A DNA stretch of 64,000 nucleotides, from contig OZ024757.1 in NCBI GenBank assembly GCA_964016885.1, positions 19,654,001 to 19,718,000 of the forward strand, in the 5' to 3' direction. Below are positions 24,580 to 37,404 of the stretch, piece by piece. The notes below the pieces were generated by a model. The model saw only the letters and a program-made list of their open reading frames with translations, searched no databases and was not told where the DNA came from. The stretch comes from Eledone cirrhosa. Lineage: Eukaryota. The position numbers were made by a program, and so were the translations under genes. Position 1 is the stretch's first letter; each line of letters starts with the position of its first letter.

Positions 24580-26155
24580 TCTATAAAGCTTTAGTGCTGA
24601 TGCCATGATAAAATGCACCTAGTACACTCTGTAAAGCTTTAGTGCTGATGCCATGATAAAATGCACCTAGTACACTCTGTAAAGCTTTAGTGCTGGTGCC
24701 CGATAAAATGCACCTAGTACACTCTGTAAAGCTTTAGTGCTGATGCCCGATAAAATGCACCTAGTACACTCTGTAAAGCTTTAGTGCTGGTGCCCGATAA
24801 AATGCACCTAGTACACTCTGTAAAGCTTTAGTGCTGATGCCATGATAAAATGCACCTAGTACACTCTGTAAAGCTTTAGTGTTGGTGCCCGATGAAATGC
24901 ACCTAGTACACTCTGTAAAGCTTTAGTGCTGATGCCATGATAAAATGCACCTAGTACACTCTGTAAAGCTTTAGTGTTGGTGCCCGATGAAATGCACCTA
25001 GTACACTCTGTAAAGCTTTAGTGCTGATGCCATGATAAAATGCACCTAGTACACTCTGTAAAGCTTTAGTGTTGGTGCCCGATGAAATGCACCTAGTACA
25101 CTCTGTAAAGCTTTAGTGCTGATGCCATGATAAAATGCACCTAGTACACTCTGTAAAGCTTTAGTGTTGGTACCATGATAAAATGCACCTAGTACACTCT
25201 GTAAAGCTTTAGTGCTGATGCCATGATAAAATGCACCTAGTACACTCTGTAAAGCTTTAGTGTTGGTACCATGATAAAATGCACCTAGTACACTCTGTAA
25301 AGCTTTAGTGCTGATGCCATGATAAAATGCACCTAGTACACTCTGTAAAGCTTTAGTGCTAGTGCCCGATAAAATGCACCTAGTACACTCTGTAAAACTT
25401 TAGTGTTGGTACCATGATAAAATGCACCTAGTACACTCTGTAAAGCTTTAGTGCTGATGCCATGATAAAATGCACCTAGTACACTCTGTAAAGCTTCAGT
25501 GCTGGTGCCCGATAAAATGCACCTATTACACTCTGTAAAGCTTTAGTGTTGGTACCATGATAAAATGCACCTATTACACTCTGTAAAGCTTTAGTGTTGG
25601 TACCATGATAAAATGCACCTAGTACACTCTGTACAGCTTTAGTGCTGGTGCCCGAGAAAATGCACCCATTACTCTCTGTAAATTGGTGGCGCTGGTTCCA
25701 CAATAAAATGCACCTAGTACACTCTGTAAAAACATTAGTGCTCATGCCAGATTAAATGCACCCAGTACACTCTGTAAAGCTTGAACGACAGCATCATGGT
25801 TAAATGCATCCTCTACACTCTGTAAAACTTGAATGATGATGTCACAATAAAATGCACCCAGTACGCTCTGTAAAGCATTAGTGCTAATGCCATGATAACA
25901 TGTACTCTCAGTAAAGCTTGACTGATGACGTCACAATGAAATGCACCCAGTACGCTCTGTAAAGCTTCATTGTTGGTGTCACAATAAAATACGCCCTGTT
26001 CACTCTGTAAAGCTTCATTGCTGGTGTCACAATAAAATGCGCCCTGTTCACTCTGTAAAGCTTCATTGCTGGTGTCACAATAAAATGCGCCCTGTACACT
26101 CTGTAAAGCTTCTTGTTGGTGTCACAATAAAATGCGCCCTCTACACTCTGTAAAG
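24580..26155 (+). repeat. 47/48-bp minisatellite, diverged relative of the SINE unit (about 33 units)
   Basis: Unit GTAAAGCTTTAGTGCTGATGCCATGATAAAATGCACCTAGTACACTCT. A reverse-strand relative lies at 50285-50680. Confidence 0.88.
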
Positions 26156-26317
26156 TCGTAGTGTGAGTGATATGATAAAATTGTCTCCCGTTATTGCTGG
26201 TCCCAATTCCTGGCAGAGGGCAGGGTAGGATTTCACCTCAGAATGTTCAGAGCTCTTAGTCAAAACAAATTCCAGTGAGGGTTCTTATCTGACGCCATAA
26301 GAACTCTGCTAGCTTAC

Positions 26318-26340
26318 CATCACCAGAGAATCAGAATAGA
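26318..26340 (-). CDS. Candidate 23-nt micro-exon of an unidentified host gene
   Basis: Minus strand GACTAAC-TTCTCTTTTTCTGCAG|TCTATTCTGATTCTCTGGTGATG|GTAAGC. Consensus branch point, pyrimidine tract and donor, in a unique island. The only open frame reads xYSDSLVM. Confidence 0.5.
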
Positions 26341-26480
26341 CTGCAGAAAAAGAGAAGTTAGTCTTGGGAAGTAAAAGTACTTTCTTGCTGACATTTGAAA
26401 ACATGAACACACACACATATTTGTGTGTGTGTGTGTGTATATAAATATATATGTGTGTGTGTGCTTATAATATATGTATA

Positions 26481-26545
<65 letters not shown>

Positions 26546-27377
26546 ATGTGCTTATATATATTTATATATATATATGTGTGTGTGTGAGTATATATATATA
26601 TGTATGCTTATATATATTTATATATATATGTGTGTATGTGTGTTTATTTATGTATATGTATGTGTGTGTATATATATGTATATATATGTGTATATATGTA
26701 TATATATATGTGTATGTATGTATATATATGTAGATATATGTGTATATATGTATATATAAATATATATATATGTGTGTGTGTGTGCGTGTATATATATATG
26801 TGTGAGTGTGTGTGTATATATATATATATATAAATATATATATAATATATATATATAATATATATATAAAATTAAAATTAGTAAAAAGACTTAGGAACAT
26901 TTTCAAGAATAAAAGTATATATTTTTTTGTTTCTTAATTCAAAAAGAAAACCATTTTTTTGTGTTTTTGTTTGTTCTTATCACAATTTTAGTTGTTTTAA
27001 ATTTTTTTTTTTTTTTTGCTTTAATTATTATTATTATTATTATAATTTTTTTTTACCAAAATTGTAGGATTTTTATTAAAATTCCATGTGATGAAAGATC
27101 AGATAAAATCTAAGAATTCTTCATGTATTTGGTGCTGGTGTTGGGATGGGTGCAGGTGTGGGGTATTGTGGGTGAGGTTGAGGGTGTACACGAGGGAAGG
27201 GACATGAAGGTTTCATGTATTTTAAGGGATGGGGCGAAGGATAGGAAGAAAGGATTTGAATGTTGGGTCTGGGCCCGGCTTTTTTCCTTTTTTCTCTCCA
27301 AGACTTTTCTGTGACGATCCCAAATGTTGGCGTCATCAGCTCACTATTTTAGTATGTTATGTACTATAATATACATA

Positions 27378-27458
27378 CAGGGTGTCCCACAAAAATGTAT
27401 ACACACCCCAACAGCATTCTAATCAAATTGTCCATACATTTTTTTGGGGGACACCCTG
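27378..27458. mobile_element. 81-bp Tc1/mariner-type MITE
   Basis: TA|CAGGGTGTCCCACAAAAATGTAT ... ATACATTTTTTTGGGGGACACCCTG|TG. Confidence 0.7.
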
Positions 27459-27912
27459 TGTGTCTGTGTGTGAGTATGTTTATATAAACAGACTAAATAT
27501 ATAAACAGACTAAATAAAGATGGCGTAGACATACAATGTAATGGGAGGAAACAATAGCACTGACGATGTTGCAGATGTGCAATGAAAGAACTTTGATAGA
27601 CTATATATATGTGTTTGTGTCTATATTGTATCTGTATTATTTTTGACCGTTGGTCAGTCAATGGCAACATTGAGGACCGAATAAATTAAATTACCAATAT
27701 AAAAGACACTGAAGCGAAAAGCGTAAACCAACCAAACAGTGAGTGTGTTCTGTTATTAATTCTGGCAATATTACACAAATATGACCCTCCCCAAGTATAA
27801 CAATATTTGTTTCGACACACGATTTCATATCAAAAACCTCACAAAACTATATATATATATATATATATACAATATATTAATAAATGGAAACTATATTTAT
27901 AAAACCATATTT

Positions 27913-27976
27913 ATTTTATTATACATATTTCAAGGGCAACCAAGGCAAATTATGGTGCGCTTTCATCAGATAAAAT
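27913..27976 (-). ncRNA. Hammerhead ribozyme (family C-related)
   Basis: Minus strand ATTTTAT CTGATGA AAG-cGCACCA..TGGTtGC-cCTT GAAA TATGTA TA|ATAAAAT. A relative with a deletion lies at 5435-5540 and a tail-bearing fragment at 21140-21280. Confidence 0.75.
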
Positions 27977-28319
27977 ACAGATTTGTTTTATAAATAAATA
28001 TTGATATACCCGGAAAAAAGACAACCTTAACGGTTGGAGCTTCCTGGATAGTGGAGATAATATTTTATTGAGGGTAATACAAAGTTATGAGTGAGTAAAA
28101 TGTTTAAGCTTGTTGAATCCCAACAAATAAAATATAACCTCTGCATATATATATATATATGTATATACACACACTCTCTTTTACCTGTTACAGCCATCTG
28201 GCTGACGCCATGTTGTCTGTCTCTCTCCCTCTTTCTGTTTGTCTATCTTAATGTCTTTCTCTCACAAATACATTAACAGATTTTACACATCTTTCTTGTT
28301 GGTGATGATGATGGTGGTG

Positions 28320-28880
28320 GTGTATTGATGGTGGTGTTGGAAGCAGTGCATTGGTGGTGTGTTAGTAGTGGTGCTGTGTGGTGGTGTGGTGTGTTAGTGG
28401 TGTGGTGGTGTTGGAAGCTGTGGTGTGTGGTTCGGTGGTGTTGGAAGCTGTGGTGTGGTGGTGTGTTGGAAGTTGTGGTGGTGTTGTGGTTGTGTGGTGG
28501 TGTGGGAAGCTGTGGTGGTGTTTGAAGCTGTGGTGGTGTGTTGGTGGAAGCTGTGGTGGTGTGTTGGTGGAAGCTGTGGTGGTGTTGGAAGCTGTGGTGG
28601 TGTGTTGGTGGAAGCTGTGGTGGTGTTGGAAGTTGTGGTGGTGTTGGAAGCTGTGGGGGTGTTGGAAGCTGTGGTGTGGTGGTGTGTTGGAAGCTGTGGT
28701 GGTGTGTTGTTGGAAGCTGTGGTGGTGTGTTGTGGGAAGCTATGGTGGTGTTGGAAGTTGTTGTGGTGTTGGAAGCTGTGGTGGTGTTGGAAGCTGTGGT
28801 GTGGTGGTTTAGTAGTGTGGTGGTGTTGGAAGCTGTGGTGTAGTGAGGTGTTGGTATAAGCCATGGTGTGGTGGTGTGTT
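28320..28880. repeat. GGTGTTGGAAGCTGTGGT-type minisatellite
   Basis: Direct inspection. Confidence 0.85.
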
Positions 28881-29297
28881 GGTTGAACTGTTAGTTGAAG
28901 TAGAAATTAGTTTCTGACCTTTTAATAATATCACAGTTGAGATTATTCAACTGAGAGATCCTATCATCTCATTTCCATTTCTAACTTAGTAACTTTTTAA
29001 ATTTTTTCTTCAAATTCTGTTTTGTTCTTTTTTTAAATAAATAAAGTAAAATAGAATAAAATAAAACATAGTATACAGTACAGGCTGTAAAGTTGCTGTT
29101 AGGAAGGGCATCCTGCTGTAGAAACATAGTTGTGATAAAGACATGCCAGCATCCTTAGTGTTGGTGATAGGAAGGTTCATCCATATTCCTCTATATATAT
29201 ATATATATACAAGGGCGGTGCCCCAGCATGGCCTCAGCCGGATGGCTGAAACAGGTAAAAGAGTAAAAGATATATATATATATATATACGTACACAC

Positions 29298-29336
<39 letters not shown>

Positions 29337-29337
29337 T

Positions 29338-29872
29338 GGTGGCTGCCAACTCGTTTTCGAGTACGGCCACTACTTTATATCCATGTAGGAGAACCCCTAC
29401 CGACGTGCTGAACGAGTGTGACTTTTTAGTCCAGCCAGCGACTTGAAAACTCTGGTACAAACACTACACTTGTGACAATTATTGACACATAGTGCTGGGC
29501 CCATGGTACCATGTGACGACAAGTGCAGAGAGATCTCCAGATATAAAGCAATGCCTGTGCCGTGAAGCTTTTATAGTGAGCAAAGGCACTGCACAAAGCC
29601 AGTCCCACTCTCTTAACCAAGATGATATTTACCAAAAAGAAGAACAAGTCAACATCATTGGATACCATCAGGGTTGCAGGTGTTATATCAGAGTTTTGCT
29701 TCTCCTAGAATTCTGCCTTGACAAAGGCTAAGGGGTCATCTCTCCCGGTGATTTTGGATGGCCATTGACTCTTAAGAGCTCCTTTGCCCTTTGACAGGTT
29801 TTGTTTTTAGTCCTGCAGGATGTCCAAAGTCACCCTCCTCACCAAGAAACCTTGGTGGGGTTGCCAGTTGCC
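29338..29872 (-). mobile_element. Probable LINE 5'-UTR-like interspersed repeat
   Basis: Moderate-GC island bounded by (TA)n with no credible ORF. The resemblance to RTE 5' regions is from recall only. Confidence 0.35.
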
Positions 29873-29967
29873 ATATATTATATATATATATACACACACA
29901 TTATATATATATATACACATATATATACACACATATATACTCATTATATATATATATATATATACAT

Positions 29968-30009
<42 letters not shown>

Positions 30010-30499
30010 TAATTGTTTCTACTTTTGGCACAAGGCCAGCAATTATCCCAGTGCATTACTGGTACTTTATTTTATCGACCCCGTAAGGATGAAAGGCAAA
30101 GTTAACCTCAGCGGGATTTGAACTCAGATCATAAAGGGAGGTAACTCTGCTTTAAAACATGGCGCCCAACCCTCTACCGATACTGCCAATCTACCGCATT
30201 ACCTTATCTATCTCACTTTTCCCCCACACTCTATTGTTATATTCTATTAATAGCCTTCATCATATCTGTCTATCTGTCTCACTCCCTCTCTCTATCCCCC
30301 TATCAGTCTCACCCCCTCTCTATCTATCTATCTATCTATCAGCCTCACCCCCTCTCTCTCTCTCTATCTATCTCACTTTCATTGATGTTTGTTTTATCAG
30401 TTTTATTATCTTGTTTGTTTTTTAAACTTTTGAGTCACTTAACAATACAAACACCAACACACTAATGTACTAATGTATCTATACACTAATATAGCAATA

Positions 30500-31640
30500 T
30501 ACTGATACACACAAGTATATACCGACACACACAAGTATATACCAACACACACTAGTATATACCAACACACACTAGTATATACCAACACACACAAGTATAT
30601 ACCAACACACACAAGTATATACCAACACACACTAGTATATACCGACACACACAAGTATATACCAACACACACTAGTATATACCAACACACACTAGTATAT
30701 ACCAACACACACTAGTATATACCAACACACACAAGTATATACCAACACACACTAGTATATACCAACACACACTAGTATATACCGACACTAGTATATACCA
30801 ACATTCACTAGTATATACCAACACACACTAGTATATACCGACATTCACTAGTATATACCAACACATTAGTATATACCAACATTCACTAGTATATACCAAC
30901 ACACACTAGTATATACCAACATTCACTAGTATATACCAACACATTAGTATATATGAACATTCACTAGTATATACCAACACACATTAGTATATACCAACAC
31001 ACACTAGTATATATCGACATTCACTAGTATATACCAACACATTAGTATATACCAACATTCACTAGTATATACCAACACACACTAGTACATTGCTACACTA
31101 ACACATCAATATACCAACATATCGATGTATCAATATACTAATATACCAATACACCAATCTTCCAATACACCAATACACTAATACACCAATGTACCAATCT
31201 ACCAATACACCAATCTACCAATGTACCAATCTACCAATGTACCAATGCACCAATCTACCAATACACCAATATACCAATCCACCAATCCACCATTCCATTA
31301 ATTTACGAATCTACCAATACACCAATCTACCAATGTACCAATCTACCAATCTACCAATACACCAATCTACCAATGTACCAATCTACCAATGTACCAATCT
31401 ACCAATACACCAATGTACCAATCTACCAATACACCAATCTACCAATGTACCAATCTACCAATGTACCAATCTACCAATCTACTAATGCACCAATCTACCA
31501 ATACACCAATACACCAATCTACCATTCCACTAATTTACGAATCTACCAATACACCAATCTACCAATGTACCAATCTACCAATACACCAATCTACCAATAC
31601 ACCAATCCACCAATACACCAATCCACCAATCTACCAAACT
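30500..31640. repeat. 20-bp (ACTAGTATATACCAACACAC) then 8-bp (ACCAATNN) tandem repeats
   Basis: Direct inspection. Confidence 0.85.
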
Positions 31641-31707
31641 TCTAACCTACAGCCAACCACAATAAACTAAAAACTATATATAAACTCTATACTGTTATAT
31701 AACCTAA

Positions 31708-31950
31708 CCCTTTAGCATGTACATTACTCTATATATACTATTGTAATTTCACAGTAAAGTCTTTATTATATTTTCATGGTAAAGGCTTTACCTCACATAA
31801 TTATCTCACATAATATCAAATCTAGGAGATTTGGATATTTATTTTGAGAACAATACCTTAACATCAGTATGAGGAGCCTGTTATGGCCGGTTCAAACAGA
31901 AAGAGATGAGAGAGTTTTGGCCAGATACAGTCAGTTTAAATGCTAAGTGG
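31708..31950. mobile_element. piggyBac-like MITE, inverted relative of 34466-34744
   Basis: CTAA|CCCTTTAGCAT ... ATGCTAAGTGG|TTAA. Shares the internal ATATTTTCATGGTAAAGGCTTTACCTC. Confidence 0.7.
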
Positions 31951-32624
31951 TTAAATAGAATACAACTAAAACCACAACAAAAACACAACATACAATAAAA
32001 TAAAATAAAATACAAACTATAACAAAAACACAATAAAATAGAATAAACTAAAATACTCTAGTACACGCTAGTATAGTATAAAATATAGAGTGAAGCTGAG
32101 GAGTGTTGAGATAAGTCTAAACAAAATGGTGGGGAGTAAAACTGTAATGGTGGACTTTGAGATAAAAATGCTGGAGTGGAATTTTGAAATGTTGGTCGGA
32201 TGGATAAAAAAAACTGGGCTGATCTCTGTGAAATAGCTTTGAATAACCTAAATGGACTTTTAGAGATAAGAGATATATGTATAAGTGTGTCTGTGTGTGT
32301 GAATGTGTGTGTGTATTTCTGTGTGTGTGTGTATGTATGTTTGTCTGTATGTATGTTTGTGTGCATATGTTTGTGTATGTATGTAAATAGATAGATATGT
32401 ATATATATATACGTATATATATATGTAAATAGGTAGATATATATGCATATATATGTATGCAAAATATCTATATATATCTATATATGTAAATAGATATATA
32501 TGTATATGTATGTAAAATAGATATATATATATATATATGCATATATATATATATATATATATATGTAAAAAGATAGATATATGTATATATATGTATGCAA
32601 AATATATATATATATATATATGTC

Positions 32625-33468
32625 GTTTCTGAATTTGTTTAGCAAGATTCTTTATCTGAAATCGTGTGTTGAAACCGATATTGTTATACTTTGGGAGGGT
32701 CATGTTGCCAATAAGAAACACACGCACCAGTTGCTTTCACTTCAATTTATTATAATAAATGTATAGCATAAGATGTACTGAAGGACAATGTAGAGACAAA
32801 AATATAGTGTACATAGGTGAGACAGCTCGTAGTGTAGGGGGAACGGATAAATGAACACTGGCGAGACCTTCAAGATAGTAAAGAATCATCTGTACTCTAC
32901 CAACATGCTAAAATAGAACATAAGGGTAAATTAGAGAACATAGAAATAAAAATAGAATCTACACACAGAAAAGACGCAATGTTTAGACAAATCATAGAGG
33001 CAATAAACATAAAAGAATTACAACCAAAATTAAATAGAAAATATGAGTGGAACAGCAACATCACAACTTACAATTAAGGACAAAATGAAAACACACACGC
33101 ACATAGAACAAACAACCAACCGGTAACATGTAAATAAACAAATAAATAAACAAATATAAACACACACAGACACCTGGATGCGGCGCATGCGCAGACTGAG
33201 CACACAACACACACACAGAAACAAAATGGCGTAGGACAGAACAAAGGAGAGGCACAAAAACAAAGAAAAGAATCCCCAGTCACTGAAGAGGTCACAGAAT
33301 GTGTGACGAAAGAACTTTGACAATATATAAACAACTACCTGGTTGTGGAACCAACCAGAAATTTATAAATTCCTAAATTTATAAATTTGTTATAATAAAT
33401 TGAAGTGAAAGCAACTGGTGCGTGTGTTTCTTATTGGCAACATGACCCTCCCAAAGTATAACAATATA
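32625..33468 (+). mobile_element. Short 5'-truncated copy of the same PLE with an inverted pLTR
   Basis: 32760-33077 encodes the GIY-YIG C-terminus (IVYIGETARS...EWNSNITTYN*), closely similar to 58789-59105. The 3' UTR runs to AAGTATAACAATAT at about 33468. 32625-32760 is the inverted pLTR end including the tail. (TA)n flanks. Confidence 0.9.
33279..33321 (+). ncRNA. Minimal hammerhead ribozyme (PLE pLTR)
   Basis: GTCA CTGAAGA G GTCACA-gaatg-TGTGAC GAAA GAAC TT|TGAC. Confidence 0.8.
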
Positions 33469-33794
33469 TATATATGTATGTATGTATGTAAATAGATATA
33501 TATGTATGTAAAATAGATAGATATATATGTATATATATGTATGTAAAATAGATATATATATATATGCATATATATATATGCAAATAGATAGATATATATG
33601 TATATATATGTATGTAAATAGATATATATATATATATTCATATATATGTATATAAATATATATATATATATATATGCATGTATATGTATGTAAAATAGAT
33701 AGATATGCATATATATGTATGTAAAATAGATAGATATTTATATGTATATATACATATGTATGCAAAATATATAGATATATATGCATATATATGT

Positions 33795-34066
<272 letters not shown>

Positions 34067-34101
34067 TGTGAGAAAAACCACAGACCCTCCATCTCAACTC
34101 A

Positions 34102-34139
34102 CCTTTTGAAAAGCAGAAGAACTGTGAAACCGGTAAAGG
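34102..34139 (+). ncRNA. Degenerate hammerhead motif
   Basis: CCTT TTGAAAA GCAG-aagaa-CTGT GAAA CCGG TA|AAGG. The stems and the ACCGGT palindrome are intact, but CTGANGA has two mutations. Confidence 0.5.
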
Positions 34140-34270
34140 GACCAAATAAATATATATATTTAAAAAAAAAATAAGACTTCAGTTGCATTTTCGATTTCAT
34201 CTCTTTTTCTTTATACTTCCACTCGTGTAGGACACCTCGGTTATTTTTCATTTTGTAAAAAAAACCTCAC

Positions 34271-34314
<44 letters not shown>

Positions 34315-34465
34315 ATGATGATATATATATACATACATCATCATCATTTAACGTCCATTTTCCAAGCTATCATCATCATCATCATCATATATATATATAT
34401 ATATATATATGATGATGATTATGGCTGTAACTTGATTTTGACTAATGCCATCACTTAATACTTAA

Positions 34466-34744
34466 CCCTTTAATGTTCAAACCGGCCAAAACCGGCCAGA
34501 ATTCTCTACCTTTTTCTGTTGAAACTGGCTGTAACTGGTCGCTCAAACTGATGTTAAGGTATTGTTCTCAAAATAAATACTTTCAAAATCTCATAGATTC
34601 GATATTATGCGAGGTAAAGCCTTTACCATGAAAATATAATAGTATATATAGAGTAATGTGAATGATATGTGAGATATTATGTGAGGTAAAGCCTTTACCA
34701 TGAAAATATAATAGTATATATAGAGTAATGTGAATGCTAAAGGG
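34466..34744. mobile_element. piggyBac-like MITE
   Basis: TTAA|CCCTTTAATGTT ... AATGCTAAAGGG|TTAA, with an internal ~70-bp duplication. Confidence 0.75.
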
Positions 34745-34879
34745 TTAATCACATCATGGACATGGCATTTTAGTCCTGCTAGGGGCTTCCTTATGGCCAG
34801 CAATGCCTTGCATTGCAAAATGTCACATATCTGTAGACATATATGTGTGTGAATATATATGTATGTATTCAAATATATA

Positions 34880-34911
<32 letters not shown>

Positions 34912-35235
34912 CACTAATCTTAGTACACTCTGTAAAATAGTAGCACTGGTGCCATGATAGAATGATGACTATGATGATGATGATGATGATATTGACAATG
35001 ACAAGAATGATGACGACGATGATGATGATGGTGATAATAAGGGTGTCCGATTCAGGCATAAGGCCACCAATTTTCGGGAAAGGGGAAGTCAATTAAATGT
35101 ACTCCAGTGTATCACTGGTACTTTATTTTTATCGGCCCCGTTAGGATGAAAGGCAAAGCTAACCTCGGCGGGGAAGACCCGACTTCCCACGGGTACAAGC
35201 TGAAGCATATAGACAATAAGCCCCCATCCCCTCCC

Positions 35236-36840
35236 ACTGTAAAGTGGTCATGTAGGTGTCACGGTAAAAAAAGCACCCAGTCCACACTGTAAAGTGGTCA
35301 TGTAGGTGTCACGACAAAAAGCACCAAGTCCACACTGTAAAGTGGTCATGTAGGTGTCATGACAAAAAGGCTCCCAGTCCACACTGTAAAGTGGTCATGT
35401 AGGTGTCACGACAAAAAGGCTCCCAGTCCACTCTGTAAAGTGGTCATGTAGGTGTCATGACAAAAAGGCTCCCAGTCCACACTGTAAAGTGGTCATGTAG
35501 GTGTCATGACAAAAAGCACCAAGTCCACACTGTAAAGTGGACATATAGGTGTCACGACAAAAAGCACCAAGTCCACACTGTAAAGTGGTCATGTAGGTGT
35601 CACGACAAAAAGCACCAAGTCCACACTGTAAAGTGGTCATGTAGGTGTCATGACAAAAAGCACCCAGTCCACACTGTAAAGTGGTCATGTAGGTGTCACG
35701 ACAAAAAGCACCCAGACCACACTGTAAAGTGGTCATGTAGGTGTCACAACAAAAAGGCTCCCAGTCCACACTGTAAAGTGGTCATGTAGGTGTCACGACA
35801 AAAAGGCTCCCAGTCCACACTCTAAAGTGGTCATGTAGGTATCACGACAAAAAGCACCCAGTCCACACTCTAAAGTGGTCATGTAGGTGTCACGACAAAA
35901 AGGCTCCTCAGTCCACACTGTAAAGTGGTCATGTAGGCGTCATGACAAAAAGCACCCAGTCCACACTGTAAAGTGGTCATGTAGGTGTCATGACAAAAAG
36001 CACCCAGTCCACACTGTAAAGTGGTCATGTAGGTGTCACGACAAAAAGCACCCAGTCCACACTGTAAAGTGGTCATGTAGGTGTCACGACAAAAAGCACC
36101 AAGTCCACACTGTAAAGTGGTCATGTAGGTGTCACGACAAAAAGCACCAAGTCCACACTGTAAAGTGGTCATGTAGGTGTCACGACAAAAAGGCTCCCAG
36201 TCCACACTGTAAAGTGGTCATGTAGGTGTCACGACAAGAAGCACCCAGTCCACACTGTAAAGTGGTCATGTAGGTGTCACGACAAAAAGGCTCCCAGTCC
36301 AGACTGTAAAGTGGTCATGTAGGTGTCACGACAAAAAGGCTCCCAGTCCACACTGTAAAGTGGTCATGTAGGTGTCATGACAAAAAGCACCCAGTCCACA
36401 CTGTAAAGTGGTCATGTAGGTGTCACGACAAAAAGCACCCAGTCCACTCTGTAAAGTGGACATGTATGTGTCATGACAAAAAGCACCCAGTCCACACTGT
36501 AAAGTGGTCATGTAGGTGTCACGACAAAAAGCACCTAGTCCACACTGTAAAGTGGAAATGTAGGTGTCGCGACAAAAAACACCCAGTCCACACTATAAAG
36601 TGGACATATAGGTGTCACGACAAAAAGGCACCCAGTCCACACTCTAAAGTGGTCGTGTAGGTGTCACGACAAAAGGGCTCCCAGTCCACACTGTAAAGGA
36701 AGAGCTTCCAGCTGTAGAAATCAAGCCAAAATCAGTTCCCGTATGAGCAAGACATGGTCACCTAACCTGGCATTGCCCACAACAGGACAACCCGTCTAAC
36801 CCATGCTAGCGTGGAAGAACGGACGTAAAATGGTGACGAT
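35236..36840 (+). repeat. SINE-embedded 48/49-bp minisatellite (about 30 units) with SINE tail
   Basis: Unit GTAAAGTGGTCATGTAGGTGTCACGACAAAAAGCACCCAGTCCACACT. Confidence 0.9.
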
Positions 36841-37404
36841 GAACGTAAAGGACTGTAACAAAATGCTGCTAAGCATGTTATCTGACGCTGAAGCTAACCT
36901 AGGTGTGATTTTGAACTCAGGGCGTAAAGGGCCATAACTCTATGTCGCTAAGCATGTTTTCCGACGCTCTGCCAATTCTGCTGGCAATCTGCCAATAATG
37001 ATGATGATGATGATGATGATATAACAATAAATAACGATGTCTTTGCAAATGGTAATCATGTCGGTAATTTTCAAAAACCAATTTCTGTATGAGGAAGTTT
37101 TTGCTATTTTTTTTTTTTATCTGATTTCGTTTTTTTTTGGTTTGGAAAAAAAAACAAAAAAACAAAACAAAAAAAACAACGAAAATGTAAAAAGTCAAAA
37201 GAAATTTGTGTAAAAAAATTTGTTGAAAATTTGTAAATTTTATTTTATTTCATTTTATTTTTTTTTTTTATTATTTTATTTAAAAAATTAATTTTAATGA
37301 TGTCTACTTAGATTTTGACATCAAATTTGTAGTGTTGTTGTTGTTGTTTGAGTTTTGTTTTTTAAAGACCATCTTGGGTGGAGTCGACAGACAACATCCT
37401 AAAT

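Noticed and set aside
35236-36696. CRISPR-like or Cys/His-repeat protein appearance of the 48-bp arrays
   Set aside because: There are no unique spacers and no cas genes. The units are SINE-internal, and frames break at A-run length variants.
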